Notes under the pieces: generated by a model
Database searches by the model: none
What the model saw: only the letters and a program-made list of their open reading frames with translations
What the model was told of the DNA's origin: nothing
Source of the DNA: Methanothrix sp.
Lineage (GTDB): Archaea > Halobacteriota > Methanosarcinia > Methanotrichales > Methanotrichaceae
Direction of reading: 5' to 3'
Length of the DNA: 64,000 bases
NCBI GenBank assembly: GCA_037128175.1
Contig: JBAXWY010000008.1
Coordinates: 1 to 64,000, forward strand
In this document: piece after piece, positions 39,087 to 49,549 of the stretch
Position numbering within the stretch: position 1 is the first letter of the stretch
How the letters are laid out: each line of letters opens with the position of its first letter
Program-made: the position numbers and the translations under genes

Positions 39087-39746
39087 TTAAACGAGGATGT
39101 CTTGCTTGAATTTTTCGAAGCCGATCTCTTCTATGAACTCGCCCAGACGCTGCTTTTTGGCGTGGTCCTTGTAGTAGTTGATTATCTTATCGATGAGCGA
39201 AAAGACCTCTTCATCGGAAAGATTCTCTGCCAGCATCACTCCCAGTCGAGGCTTGACTCCGCTGCTTCCTCCTACCAGAAGCCTCCATCCCTTGGACAAA
39301 CCGATCAAGCCGATATCTTTTACGGCCGGCTCGGCGCAGGAGTTAGCGCATCCGGATACGCCAATTTTGAATTTCCAGGGAAGCTGCATACCATGATATA
39401 GCTCATCCAGCTTCAATCCTACGCCCACGGAATCCTGCTGGCCGCGTTTGCAGAAGGTGGTACCGGGGCAGATCTTGATGCTTCGAACGCATAGACCAAT
39501 GGCTGCCCCTGCCTTCATTCCCAGATCCTTCCAGGCATTATCGATGTCTTTGGGATCAATTCCAACGATGGCGATTCTCTGTGCCGAGGTGATCTTGAGA
39601 ACTTTGGCGTTGTATTTTTCAGCCACATCGGCGATCCTGCGTAGACCAGCCGGGTCTATTATGCCGCCTGGGATATGTGGTGCTATGGCATAGGTCTCTT
39701 TGTCCCTCTGCACAATTGCGCCCTTTTCCAGAATATCTTTGGACAT
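39087..39746 (-). CDS. Small siroheme/4Fe-4S nitrite/sulfite reductase-domain protein
   Basis: KITSAQR, KICPGTTFC, KFKIGVSGCANSC and KDIGL motifs. Confidence 0.88.
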   Translation of the reverse strand: MSKDILEKGAIVQRDKETYAIAPHIPGGIIDPAGLRRIADVAEKYNAKVLKITSAQRIAIVGIDPKDIDNAWKDLGMKAGAAIGLCVRSIKICPGTTFCKRGQQDSVGVGLKLDELYHGMQLPWKFKIGVSGCANSCAEPAVKDIGLIGLSKGWRLLVGGSSGVKPRLGVMLAENLSDEEVFSLIDKIINYYKDHAKKQRLGEFIEEIGFEKFKQDILV

Positions 39747-39750
39747 GGTT

Positions 39751-40185
39751 TTAGTTCACCAGCCCCATAGCTACGGTTCTTCCCAGCAAGAAGCATTTCT
39801 CAATGTCCTCTTTGCTCGGAACCTGGACGGCTGTGGTCCCTGGCTCAATCACCAGCATGCCGAAAGACTTCATTCGAGCAATGATGGTGGGAACGCCTTC
39901 TCCGCTCCATCCGTGCGATCCGAAGGCCACCCCTACTCTTCCCTTTAAATCAAGCTTGGCAAGCTCCTTCAGGTAAGGGTCCATGGACTTAATAAGCTTG
40001 TAGTTGTAAGTTGAGCCGCCTAAAGCTATGGCTGCGGCATTTATTACATCATCGGGCGAGGCATCATAGGCGTCTTTAATTACCACCTCGATGCCTGGAA
40101 TGGTTAAGGCACCGTTAGCAATGGCCTCTGCCATCGTTTTGGTCCTTCCCATACCACTGGCATAAATTATCGCCATCTTAGGCAT
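39751..40185 (-). CDS. Flavodoxin-domain protein
   Basis: IYASGMGRTKTMA, GGSTY and AFGSHGWSGE motifs. Confidence 0.88.
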   Translation of the reverse strand: MPKMAIIYASGMGRTKTMAEAIANGALTIPGIEVVIKDAYDASPDDVINAAAIALGGSTYNYKLIKSMDPYLKELAKLDLKGRVGVAFGSHGWSGEGVPTIIARMKSFGMLVIEPGTTAVQVPSKEDIEKCFLLGRTVAMGLVN

Positions 40186-40396
40186 ACGAAATCCTCCATA
40201 TCAATCAGATTCGCATTTTATAACTAATTTATGGTGCGGTCACAACGCCTGGCAAAAGAATCAGATTATTTGCAGAACCAAATCAAAGAAGAATCGAATA
40301 AACAAGAGAATATGCGTCACGAGACTTGCTGATGAGGAGCCTATTTTTAAGTTTCGTATCGCGACTTAATTCCTCATCAGCATTGCTCTGAAGACA

Positions 40397-40702
40397 TCAT
40401 GCGTGTGCCTTTGCCTGCGAGGCAGCCCCACTGGGCCTGCTCTTGCGATGCCTTATGACATGACGCGAGCGTCTTCCTGCGACCTCTTCGCTTTTTACCC
40501 ACTCACCCGTCTCGTCGTCCTTTTCGTACTGCTCTTTCACGGCCGACCAGGCAGCTTCGTGAGATGCCTTCTCGCGATCTGCTTCCTCAGTACTCTCCAA
40601 ATCCTCCCAACAGCCATTATAAGCCTTCATGTAAAGGGCCTTGGCGCGGCTGGGTAAATTTCGCACGCTTTTGGGCAGCTCGCTTATGCTCTCGAATGTC
40701 AT
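40397..40702 (-). CDS. ChaB family protein
   Basis: LPKSVRNLP..A..LYMKAYN and AAWSAVKEQYEK motifs. Confidence 0.85.
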   Translation of the reverse strand: MTFESISELPKSVRNLPSRAKALYMKAYNGCWEDLESTEEADREKASHEAAWSAVKEQYEKDDETGEWVKSEEVAGRRSRHVIRHRKSRPSGAASQAKAHA

Positions 40703-40779
40703 CAAATACACCTCCTGTCAATGTTTGAGCTTTTTGATAACCAGCTTAATATGAAGATCCTGGTTAAAAGGTTTTGGGA

Positions 40780-42132
40780 TCAGGAAGGAATGAATATCAT
40801 CCCTTCCCGGTTCCACAACATTCTTCCATCGTCACCCTTTACGGCCAGTACCTCTGCGCTCTCAGATTCTCCCAGCTTGTAGACGATCAGGTCTCGCTGT
40901 CCTTCTCCAGTCAGGTCCGGGCCGGCCACGGCATAGGCCAGGCAGGAAAAGGATTGCTGCCAGAGCAACTTTCCATTCGTGCCCTGAAGAACGGCTATAT
41001 CGCTACTAATTGAACCGTTCTCTGCGTACTTCATGAGATAGACTACCAGCTCATCCCTTCCGTCGCCGGTCAGATCTATTACTGGCATAGCCAGGGCCGG
41101 GCCGGCAAAACTGTGGTTCCAGATCATTTTGTGCTCTTGGCCGTCTCTGGCCTCAAATATGGTAGCCGTGATGTTCAGAGGAGTCCCTTCACCAACGCCA
41201 TCGCTCGTCATCGATCCGTTCAATTTATAAATTGCGGCAATGCTGTCTTGCACAAGGTCGTTTGTGAGGTTGCCGGCCGGATATTCGATTGCTAGAGCAT
41301 CGGAAAAGATTCTCTCATCCAGATTTGTGCCATTGGAACCGCTTACCCGGGCAATGCTGGTGAATATACTATTGTTCATGCTGTCCAAGCCGAATACGTG
41401 CACCAGAAACTGTGTGGCGTTGTCTCCGCTGGTATCTTGTACGGGATAGGCAATCGTCATGGCCAGCAACTGGGGCCTGCTCCAAATTACAGTGCCGTTG
41501 CTGCCGTCAAGGACGGAAACGCTGCTGTAAGGAATGAAGCTCGCTGCAGACAGGATTTCATTTATCATGACATCCGTTTGGCCGTCGCCATTGAGGTCTC
41601 CTGCCGTTGTGGCAAATACCAGGGAGCCGGGATACTCTTTTTGCCATAATGTGCTGCCGTTTGCACCGCTAAAAGCCGATATTTCTGAATTAAAGGCCCC
41701 CGTGTCGGCATCACTGCTGATGTTCATGACCAGAAGGTCTGTGGCATTGTCCCCGTTGAGATCTGTTGCGGGAAATGCCATGCTGATAACTTCCGGCTCA
41801 CTTTGGATCTGGGAATAATCATAATAGTTGTCGGTAAAATCAAGATCTTTAAATGCGAATTCTGAAGAATTAAAGTCTGAGCCAAATTCCGATGAATTAA
41901 GCTCTGAGGAATTGGGTTCCAAAGAACTTATCTTTAATGGGCTGATTTCTGATGAATTAAATGCAGTGTAATTAAATACTGTGCGATTCAGTGTTGTTTG
42001 GTTACTTAAATTCATTGCCAGAAGATCATCAATTGATTCGGATTTGTTATCCATTGCTGCCCCCTGGGCCAGCAATAAAGAGCATGCAATCAGATAAAGA
42101 GCTATCAATTTTATGTTAAATCCCCCTGTCAT
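40780..42132 (-). CDS. Secreted FG-GAP/beta-propeller repeat protein
   Basis: Repeated DLNGD/DLTGD and G.NG..LW motifs; N-terminal NSSE low-complexity repeats. Confidence 0.8.
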   Translation of the reverse strand: MTGGFNIKLIALYLIACSLLLAQGAAMDNKSESIDDLLAMNLSNQTTLNRTVFNYTAFNSSEISPLKISSLEPNSSELNSSEFGSDFNSSEFAFKDLDFTDNYYDYSQIQSEPEVISMAFPATDLNGDNATDLLVMNISSDADTGAFNSEISAFSGANGSTLWQKEYPGSLVFATTAGDLNGDGQTDVMINEILSAASFIPYSSVSVLDGSNGTVIWSRPQLLAMTIAYPVQDTSGDNATQFLVHVFGLDSMNNSIFTSIARVSGSNGTNLDERIFSDALAIEYPAGNLTNDLVQDSIAAIYKLNGSMTSDGVGEGTPLNITATIFEARDGQEHKMIWNHSFAGPALAMPVIDLTGDGRDELVVYLMKYAENGSISSDIAVLQGTNGKLLWQQSFSCLAYAVAGPDLTGEGQRDLIVYKLGESESAEVLAVKGDDGRMLWNREGMIFIPS

Positions 42133-42270
42133 ATTTCATGAGCGAATTGGGATGCATGCATATGAACCTTCGCCTCTTTTCAAGAAAAATACACGCAAAA
42201 AGTTTAGCTTTGTCATGTTTAAAAAATTAGGTTATAATAAAAGCCACCGGTCAGGACGGCCCAGATGGAA

Positions 42271-43035
42271 TTATCTTCTCATACTCTCCCTTGTCGCCTT
42301 CATTTTTGCCAGGGCAGCCTCCCTATCCAAGGCCATCTTCTCTCTGCCGGTGGCAACATCCTCCTTTCCCGTCTTGGCCGGAGTTACCTCATTATCTGTA
42401 ACCAGACTGGGAGTTGTATCATTCTGGACCGCGGCCACGGCAGGAGCGACGGTTGTATCAGTGGTATCCGGACAATTGCTTGGTGGGGCCGCGCCCTCAT
42501 TCACAGCTATGCTCAAATTGCCCAGGAAGGCCGCCATCATATTCGCGCTCATGTTTATATCCGTTAATACCAGGGCAACGGTCAGGTTGTTCGGCTGGTA
42601 AGCGATGAGGTTCCGATTTCCTATCCGCCCCAAGAGAGCCGGTCCGATCTCCGATTCATTATACACGGTCTGGGCCAAGATGGGATCAAAAGCTTCCAGA
42701 TAAGGCTTCAACTTTGCGGGTTCCAGCTCTTCATAAGGCGCCTGGCAGGGGTAGAGAAGATGCAGTTCGACCCTGTTTCCGTCCAGCAGCATTGATGCCG
42801 CAACCTCTCTTCCGCCTGTATAATTTGCTTCTGCCATGGTTTCTGGCTCCACAACTACCTCGGGGGGAAGACAGAAGACAAGTTTGGCATAGCTACCCAT
42901 CTCCGCACCTGTGCAAACGTCTTTTTCCTGTGCAGCTGCCGCAGAAAACACAGTCATCAGTCCAAGCGTGATACAGCAAAAAAGCAGCATCTTTCCAAGA
43001 GGCACCGATCTATTCTCCAATTTCTTAAATTTCAT
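42271..43035 (-). CDS. Secreted hypothetical protein
   Basis: Signal-peptide-like N-terminus; GAGGTGG SD-like motif before ATG 43035. Confidence 0.65.
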   Translation of the reverse strand: MKFKKLENRSVPLGKMLLFCCITLGLMTVFSAAAAQEKDVCTGAEMGSYAKLVFCLPPEVVVEPETMAEANYTGGREVAASMLLDGNRVELHLLYPCQAPYEELEPAKLKPYLEAFDPILAQTVYNESEIGPALLGRIGNRNLIAYQPNNLTVALVLTDINMSANMMAAFLGNLSIAVNEGAAPPSNCPDTTDTTVAPAVAAVQNDTTPSLVTDNEVTPAKTGKEDVATGREKMALDREAALAKMKATRESMRR

Positions 43036-43280
43036 CCAATCCACCTCATTGCTAATCTGTTTTATCTCCCTTACAAATTCTAAATATCTGTTTGCGATTA
43101 TACCTCTCAAACTATTTAGCCGTTTTCCAGTCGGTTTTCCGGGAAGTCCGATCGTTTACTAAACGTCCCCCATTTCTATCCGGCGAAAAGCAGCTACAAT
43201 ATAGAAGCTCCGATATGATAATATACTTGAAATCTGAGTCACGGATGTTGTACAATAATGCATGAGTGGAGGAGACAGCA

Positions 43281-43748
43281 ATGAGATCAACTTCAAAAGC
43301 CTTCTATTTTGCGGCAGCGTTGATGATTTTAACCATAAGCTCTGCGGCATCGGTTGTTTTAAACGAAATGGAACTAAATCCCCCAGAAGGCGGGGCGGAT
43401 TGGGTTGAGATTTACAACCCTGATAACGAGAGCGTGGACATCAGTGGATGGATGGCCGAGATCACCGATGGAAGCTGGGTAGGAAAGCTCCCGGCCGTGC
43501 CCGCGGGAACCATACTGCCGGCCAAGGGCTTTTATGTCTTCAACGGCCAGTCTTCCTGGAATCATAATGATGGCGGATATGCCACACTCTACAGCGCATC
43601 TGGAGAGATAGTGGACAAAACGGCCAACCGACAGGACACCATGAACAACGACTTTACCTACGGCAGGCACCCGGATGGTCACGATACAAATACTGACGGC
43701 GACTGGGGCCTGGGCTCTGCCACCAAGGGTGAATCAAATATACGCTAA
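43281..43748 (+). CDS. Secreted lamin-tail-domain protein
   Basis: VVLNEME, DWVEIYN, VDISGW, YGRHPDG and ATKGESN motifs. Confidence 0.85.
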   Translation: MRSTSKAFYFAAALMILTISSAASVVLNEMELNPPEGGADWVEIYNPDNESVDISGWMAEITDGSWVGKLPAVPAGTILPAKGFYVFNGQSSWNHNDGGYATLYSASGEIVDKTANRQDTMNNDFTYGRHPDGHDTNTDGDWGLGSATKGESNIR

Positions 43749-43769
43749 TATGAAGGGAGTGAAAAGAAA

Positions 43770-44240
43770 ATGAAGATTAAATCAGGAATCGGCATCAAGG
43801 TGCTTTTGGCCTTTTCTGGCCTTATGGCCATCTGCGGCCTAGGCATGTGTGATGTAGTCATAAATGAGTTTGAACTAAGCCCGCCCGACAACGGCACCGT
43901 ATGGGTAGAGCTTTACAATACTGGGGACGCAGTCGTGGATCTGACCGGCTGGATGATCAATATCGTAGATAAACCCTGGAAGGGGCCAATTTCCCTGAAG
44001 GGCAGCATCGAGCCCAAGGGATTTCTGGCTTTTGACGGTCAGGATACCTGGACTGCTACAGGCAACGGAACCGTATTTCTCTATGACGCCTCTGGTGTTG
44101 AGGTAGACAAGACACCCCAAAAGAGCGACGACTCGCAAAGCGACTTCACCTACGGCCGCCTTCCGGACGGCAAGAAGGCCGGCACCAATGCCGACTTTGC
44201 CTTCATGATGGCCAGCAAAGGCAGGTCCAACGTCCGGTGA
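43770..44240 (+). CDS. Secreted lamin-tail-domain protein (tandem paralog)
   Basis: VVINEFE, WVELYN, VDLTGW and YGRLPDG motifs. Confidence 0.85.
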   Translation: MKIKSGIGIKVLLAFSGLMAICGLGMCDVVINEFELSPPDNGTVWVELYNTGDAVVDLTGWMINIVDKPWKGPISLKGSIEPKGFLAFDGQDTWTATGNGTVFLYDASGVEVDKTPQKSDDSQSDFTYGRLPDGKKAGTNADFAFMMASKGRSNVR

Positions 44241-44323
44241 GCCTTGGCCTGACAAAAGGGGAATCGACTATTTCCGGCCTCTTTCGCCAATTATCGGCTG
44301 AAGATGCCAATGATCATTTTTTT

Positions 44324-45169
44324 TTAATCCATCAGCAAGGTGTAAGCCGTCTCCCTTTTGAAGTTCTTCGTGTGCTCATTCTTGTTGATGATGCCGCCCA
44401 GGCCGTCTCTCTCTGATATGGTGATGGTGTGGGTCTTGTCTCCTCCGATTGTTAAGCTGGCGATTCCGTCCAGAGACCCATCGCTGTTATCGTTACAGTA
44501 AAAGACGCCGTCCACAAAGACATCGTAGCCTTTGGTTCTCTGGGATTTTATGGTAATAAAAGCGTCACCCATTAATATGGAATTCACGTCCAATGGCGAG
44601 AACGACGGCTCACTTTGCCTGGGCAGGACATCCAGAATAAGGGCATTGCCCAGCTCGCTTCCCTGGGCCAGCAGCATGAAGAGCCTGCCGCTCTCTTCCG
44701 GCCTCAGTTTGAGACGATAGTAGCCTTCCAGGAATTTGAAATTCCAGTGCTTGATGGTGCTATTGGCATAGGATACGAGATAGATATCGCCATTGCCGTC
44801 CTGGGGGGTATGGACGACCAGGTCGACATCTTCGCCGGCCGTGACCTGGCTAAACCGGCTCCAGACTGCACCCTTTCGGATCCACAGCTCTCCGGAAAGT
44901 GGCGCGCATGCGGCATTGGAAACGTAATCCGAGTAGTTTAATTGCCGCTCGCCAAGGTTGATGGACTGGGGCTCATTGCCGCTCAGGTTGAAGTATATGG
45001 GATCGGAGAGAGTTGAGGCTCGATTTTCCTGGGGCTCCTCGGTGGCTTTTGTCCAGGGCTCCTCGCTCCAGCTCGCACTTCCCTCGGGCATTGCAGAGAT
45101 CGACAGTGCCAATAGCATAAAAATTGTTGAGGCGAAAGCTGTGCCCCAAAAATAGTGGCGAAGACGCAT
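44324..45169 (-). CDS. Secreted hypothetical protein
   Basis: Signal peptide; C-terminal YDVFVDG (PEGA-like) segment. Confidence 0.65.
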   Translation of the reverse strand: MRLRHYFWGTAFASTIFMLLALSISAMPEGSASWSEEPWTKATEEPQENRASTLSDPIYFNLSGNEPQSINLGERQLNYSDYVSNAACAPLSGELWIRKGAVWSRFSQVTAGEDVDLVVHTPQDGNGDIYLVSYANSTIKHWNFKFLEGYYRLKLRPEESGRLFMLLAQGSELGNALILDVLPRQSEPSFSPLDVNSILMGDAFITIKSQRTKGYDVFVDGVFYCNDNSDGSLDGIASLTIGGDKTHTITISERDGLGGIINKNEHTKNFKRETAYTLLMD

Positions 45170-46867
45170 TTACATCGTCTCTAATGCGTCAATGCCCAGG
45201 GTCTCCAGGGTCGTTCGCAACGCATTTTTGGCAGCTCTTGCCAGGGCCATTCTTGCCTGCCTCAGCTTCGGCTCGGCATCCAGCACCGGGCTGAAGCGGT
45301 AGAAGTGGTTGAAGCTCTCCGCCAGCTCGCGGGCATAAGTGGCCAGTTGATGAGGCTTGAGCTCACGGGCGGCTTTGTCGATGACCAGATCAAACTCTGC
45401 GATCTTCTTGATGAGGGCGATCTCGTTTTCGCCAGTGAGCAGATCGGCCTGGACCGGCGAGGTCTGGCCCACCTGCCCTTCTTCTCCCTTGCGCAGAATG
45501 CTGCAGGCCCGGGCATGTGAGTACTGGATGAAGGGGGCAGAGAGCTTCTCAAAGTCCAGGGCCTGCTTCCAGTCAAAAGTGGTGGCCTTGTCCGGAGAGA
45601 CCTTGACCACGTCGTAGCGCACCGCACCTGCCGCCACCTGGGCCGCCACCTGTTTGAGGAAGGCATCGCTCTCTTCCGGCCGGCGCACCTTAACTTCCTC
45701 ATAAGCCTGTTTTTCCACCTCATCGAGCAGCTCATCGGCGGAGATGAACTTGCCTTTCCTGGTGCTCATGGAGCCCGTGGGAAGGGAGACGAACTCAAAA
45801 ATGACCACCTCAGGTTCGCGAATGCCCAAAAGGCGCAAGGCGGTGCGCAGTTGTCCAGAGACCAGCTTGTGGTCGGCCCCCAGGATATCCACGGAGCGGT
45901 CCGAGTTTTGGGACTTGTAGCGGTGGTAGGCCAGGTCGCGGGTGATGTAAAGCGAGGTTCCATTCGTCCTCTTGAGGACCATCTTCTTTTCAAAGCCGTA
46001 CTTTGTTAGGTCGAGCTGAAAAGCGCCCTCCTCGTATTCTGTGAGCCCTGTCTTCTCGAGCAAGCCCACAATCTCGGCCACATCGCCTTTTCGCACAAAC
46101 TCCGACTCCCAGTGGTAGCTGTCGTGGCGAATGTTCATGCGGTGCAGGGTGTCTTCGATGCCTCCAATGGCGTACTTGATGGCGCTGTGGATCTTGGCAA
46201 CGGTCTCATCGTCGCCCGCCTCGTAGCGCTGGATAACCTGATCTGCCTCGTCTCGGATCTCTGGATTGGTTTCCATGAGACGGTTGGCGGCGATGTAGAC
46301 CTTGGCTATGGCATGGTCGGCCTTGCTGCCATCCAGCTGGAAGTGATCGCAGCCGACGACCACCATTGCCTCCTGGCGGCCCATATCGTTGACGTAATAC
46401 TGGGCATCCACGGTGCAGCCCGCCCGGCGCATGATGCGCACCAGGGTATCGCCGATCACTGAATTGCGGATGTGGCCCACGTGCAGCGGCCCATCGGGAT
46501 TGGCGGAGGTGTGCTCCACAATGACCAACTCCCTCATGCGGCCCGTCCAGGCGTTGTCGGCCAGGGCCTGGCTCAGGACCGTGTCCAGGAACTTTTGGTT
46601 CATGAAGAAGTTGAGATAGGGGCCGGAAAGTTCCACCCGATCGACGTAACTGTAATTCTGGGTGATGGCCTGGTGGATCTCTTTGGCAATGGCCATCGGG
46701 CTTTTTTTCAGCAACGGGGCCAGCCGGAAGGCTACGGACGAGGCCAAATCAGCGTGAGGGCTCATATCCATGCCCAGATTGTTTACTCCTTCCTCTACCT
46801 TGTAGCCGCAGCGATCTAGGGCATCGCGAAGAAGGCCCTCGACCTCGCTCATAAAATCAAGAAACAT
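45170..46867 (-). CDS. argS: Arginine--tRNA ligase
   Basis: EHTSANPDGPLHVGHIRN, MSTRKG, IQYSHAR and C-terminal ETM motifs. Confidence 0.96.
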   Translation of the reverse strand: MFLDFMSEVEGLLRDALDRCGYKVEEGVNNLGMDMSPHADLASSVAFRLAPLLKKSPMAIAKEIHQAITQNYSYVDRVELSGPYLNFFMNQKFLDTVLSQALADNAWTGRMRELVIVEHTSANPDGPLHVGHIRNSVIGDTLVRIMRRAGCTVDAQYYVNDMGRQEAMVVVGCDHFQLDGSKADHAIAKVYIAANRLMETNPEIRDEADQVIQRYEAGDDETVAKIHSAIKYAIGGIEDTLHRMNIRHDSYHWESEFVRKGDVAEIVGLLEKTGLTEYEEGAFQLDLTKYGFEKKMVLKRTNGTSLYITRDLAYHRYKSQNSDRSVDILGADHKLVSGQLRTALRLLGIREPEVVIFEFVSLPTGSMSTRKGKFISADELLDEVEKQAYEEVKVRRPEESDAFLKQVAAQVAAGAVRYDVVKVSPDKATTFDWKQALDFEKLSAPFIQYSHARACSILRKGEEGQVGQTSPVQADLLTGENEIALIKKIAEFDLVIDKAARELKPHQLATYARELAESFNHFYRFSPVLDAEPKLRQARMALARAAKNALRTTLETLGIDALETM

Positions 46868-46996
46868 GGGAACACCAATTATGAATAGTATCTTCATCCA
46901 TCAATTAGATGGGGCGATATAAGCATTACGTCATGTACTGCCTTTTTGGGAAAGTATAAGATGTCCGGTGACTTACAATAGTGGTGAGGATTTACC

Positions 46997-48223
46997 ATGA
47001 AACTCTTTGCAGCTATTCTAATGCTGTTGTTATGCGCCCCAGCCCTTGCCCTCTCTGATGAGGCGAGCGCAGTTGAGGCCACCACAGCCATTACCCTGCC
47101 TGTAGACTCCGTCACCATCTATCCGGACGGCCTGATGGCAGTGAAACGAACAGGAAGCCTGGATGTGACCGAGGGCGTGCACAAGTTCGTGATCAATGTT
47201 CCTGAAAAAGCCGAGCAAAGCTCAGTGCTCCTTTCCGTCAGCAACGCGACCCAGGAGCGGGTGGTCTACGATGCCAATCCCGTTTACACTCTGAACATCT
47301 CCGCGCCTGGATCGCAGAGCTTTGACCTCTCCTATCTCATGTACAATGCCGCCGCCTGGAAGCCGGTGTACGACCTGCACCTTCTTCGCGACTCTGTACT
47401 GGTGAGGGCCAATGCCGTGCTCAGCAACCAGGGTGGAGAGGATCTCAAGAACGTGCGGCTCAAGCTGGTAGCAGGTCTGCCTCTGGCCGTGGAGCCTTTC
47501 TTTGCCAAAGCCGCGCCCCAGATAAATCAGAGATATGCGGAAGCGCGTCCCATGGCCGAGCCAGTGGCAGAAGCTATAACCGCATCTGCTTCTGGCGAGC
47601 TGGAGACGCTCTACATCTTCGAACTGGAAGGGCGAAAAGACCTGGTTATGGACAAGGAGATCGGCTTTCCCCTTTTCGAGGAAGAGTCGCCTCTGGTGAG
47701 AATCTACACCTGGGATGCCTCCAATCAAGCAGATGGCCCTGCCAAGGAGGAGATTCGGGCCAACAACACCCTGACCAATCCCTGGCCAACGGGAAAAGCT
47801 CTGCTTTACAGAAATGACGAGTACGTATCCACCATCGAGATGCCCTACACGCCCGCCGGCACCAATGCCTCCCTTGTGGTGGGTTCATCAGCCGATCTGA
47901 AGGTGGAACGCAAGCTCCTGGACTACAATATAACCGAGAATATCAGGGAGATAGGAACAGGTGCAAGAAATCACACTGTAAAAGAGACCACGAAGACCTG
48001 GACCTACTATCTGAAGATCAAGAGCAACCTGGACCGCGTAGCAGCGCTGGAGGTAACCGACACCGTCCCCCAGGAGGCAGTGATCCTCTCCGTCACGCCC
48101 AAGCCTGCCGAGAGCACAGCCACCAGCCTGAAATGGAAGCTGCAGCTCGCGCCGAGGCAGAAAGCGGCCATCAATTACACCTACCAGGTGATCACGACGG
48201 AGAGCCTGGACAGTGCATATTAA
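46997..48223 (+). CDS. DUF4140/DUF4139 domain secreted protein
   Basis: VDSVTIYPD, LSYL...AAWKPVYDL, NQGGEDL and EVTDTVP motifs. Confidence 0.8.
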   Translation: MKLFAAILMLLLCAPALALSDEASAVEATTAITLPVDSVTIYPDGLMAVKRTGSLDVTEGVHKFVINVPEKAEQSSVLLSVSNATQERVVYDANPVYTLNISAPGSQSFDLSYLMYNAAAWKPVYDLHLLRDSVLVRANAVLSNQGGEDLKNVRLKLVAGLPLAVEPFFAKAAPQINQRYAEARPMAEPVAEAITASASGELETLYIFELEGRKDLVMDKEIGFPLFEEESPLVRIYTWDASNQADGPAKEEIRANNTLTNPWPTGKALLYRNDEYVSTIEMPYTPAGTNASLVVGSSADLKVERKLLDYNITENIREIGTGARNHTVKETTKTWTYYLKIKSNLDRVAALEVTDTVPQEAVILSVTPKPAESTATSLKWKLQLAPRQKAAINYTYQVITTESLDSAY

Positions 48224-48433
48224 TTTCAAAATCTTTTCTTTTTTGTGTCCATTCCCCGGATAGCTTCGGACTGATTCTTTCATATCCCGGGCCCAGGCTT
48301 TTGTTCCCAGGTACCTGCGTCTTTTCCGTCAACCCTCATGCAGCAAATCGCGAATCACATAAATAGGATGATGGATGAGTTCAATTCTATCTTCGATAAT
48401 CAGCGGATTGTTACCACGGGGGCAGAAACGGAA

Positions 48434-48724
48434 ATGCAACTTACAGGGATAATAAAAAAATCTGGAGACTATTATGTGGCTTTATGCATTGAGATCAATG
48501 TATCCAGCCAGGGAGAGAGCATAGAAGAGGCGAGGAAAATGCTGCAAGAAGCTTGTGATGAGTATCTCTCCTATATGAAAGATGAAGGGCTGGAAGATGA
48601 AATAAAATCCGTTCCTATGGACATTCTACGCGAATTTCTCATGGATGACGTCGAGTGCGTAAGGCCGTCTTCGAGCTGGGTTTATTCAGAAAGTATAACC
48701 TTTGAGGTTTGTGCCAGTGTCTAA
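48434..48724 (+). CDS. hicB: HicB-family antitoxin
   Basis: YVALCIEINVSSQGESIEEARKMLQEA motif. Confidence 0.82.
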   Translation: MQLTGIIKKSGDYYVALCIEINVSSQGESIEEARKMLQEACDEYLSYMKDEGLEDEIKSVPMDILREFLMDDVECVRPSSSWVYSESITFEVCASV

Positions 48725-48953
48725 GAAAATCCCACCCATGTCGAGCCAGAAACTTGTCAAGCTTCTCAATCAAGGCAATGCCAGATTCGTCAGGCAGAGC
48801 GGAACCAGCCATGCCATCTTTGAGCGAGAGAGTGACGGAAGAATGTACAGAGCACCTGTGGTAATGGCCAAGAACGATCTCTCTTCTAAATATGTAAGGC
48901 TCGTTTTGCGTCAGTTGGGCTTTAAAGATGCAGAAGTAGATGCGCTTATTTGA
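48711..48953 (+). CDS. hicA: HicA-family toxin
   Basis: SQKLVKLL...FVRQSGTSHAIF and VLRQLG motifs; overlaps the hicB stop. Confidence 0.78.
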   Translation: MPVSKKIPPMSSQKLVKLLNQGNARFVRQSGTSHAIFERESDGRMYRAPVVMAKNDLSSKYVRLVLRQLGFKDAEVDALI

Positions 48954-49059
48954 AATAAAAAAAATAAAATATTACTTTAATAATTGTTGTAGTTATCTAC
49001 TTCTTTTAGCTCAAAATATTGCTACTTTAGTTCGCGCAAAAAAAAATGATAGGCATCGC

Positions 49060-49533
49060 CTAATCCACCTGCACCCTCTGTGCGTTTACGACCACGAGCT
49101 TGGGAAGGTGCACCTCTAATATGCCGTCCTTGAAGCTGGCTTTTACCTGTTCCTGCTTGACCTCAATGGGCAGCTTGATCTCTCGCTTGCGGCCCATTGT
49201 GCCCATCTCCCGGCGCAGATATTTTCCCTCCCTGGGAGTTGCCTTGGCTTCGACGTAGAGGCTGTCCTCCGTCACCCGCAGATCGATCTTCTCTTTGCTG
49301 GCACCCGGCAGAGCCACCAGGACGATCAGCTCATCTTCCGTCTCGATGAGGTCAATGGGGGCAAGATCACTGCTCTTGGCCTCGCCAATCTCGTTGATCT
49401 CGCTGCTCACATCTCCCAGAATCTTCTTGGCCGCCTGGCTGGCCTGGCTGGACATCCTGGCAGCCTCGACGGCCGCCCTGCCGATCACACGTTCCAGATC
49501 GCTGATCCCTGATGAATCTGATTTCATGCTCAA
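49060..49533 (-). CDS. Hsp20 small heat-shock protein
   Basis: PIDLIE, LPG and ASFKDGILEVHLPK motifs. Confidence 0.92.
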   Translation of the reverse strand: MSMKSDSSGISDLERVIGRAAVEAARMSSQASQAAKKILGDVSSEINEIGEAKSSDLAPIDLIETEDELIVLVALPGASKEKIDLRVTEDSLYVEAKATPREGKYLRREMGTMGRKREIKLPIEVKQEQVKASFKDGILEVHLPKLVVVNAQRVQVD

Positions 49534-49549
49534 AATAATGTCATTGCCA

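Noticed and set aside
40327-40382. Minus-strand CTGATGAG...CGAAAC hammerhead-like core
   Set aside because: Stem II does not pair and there is no correctly placed UH cleavage site.
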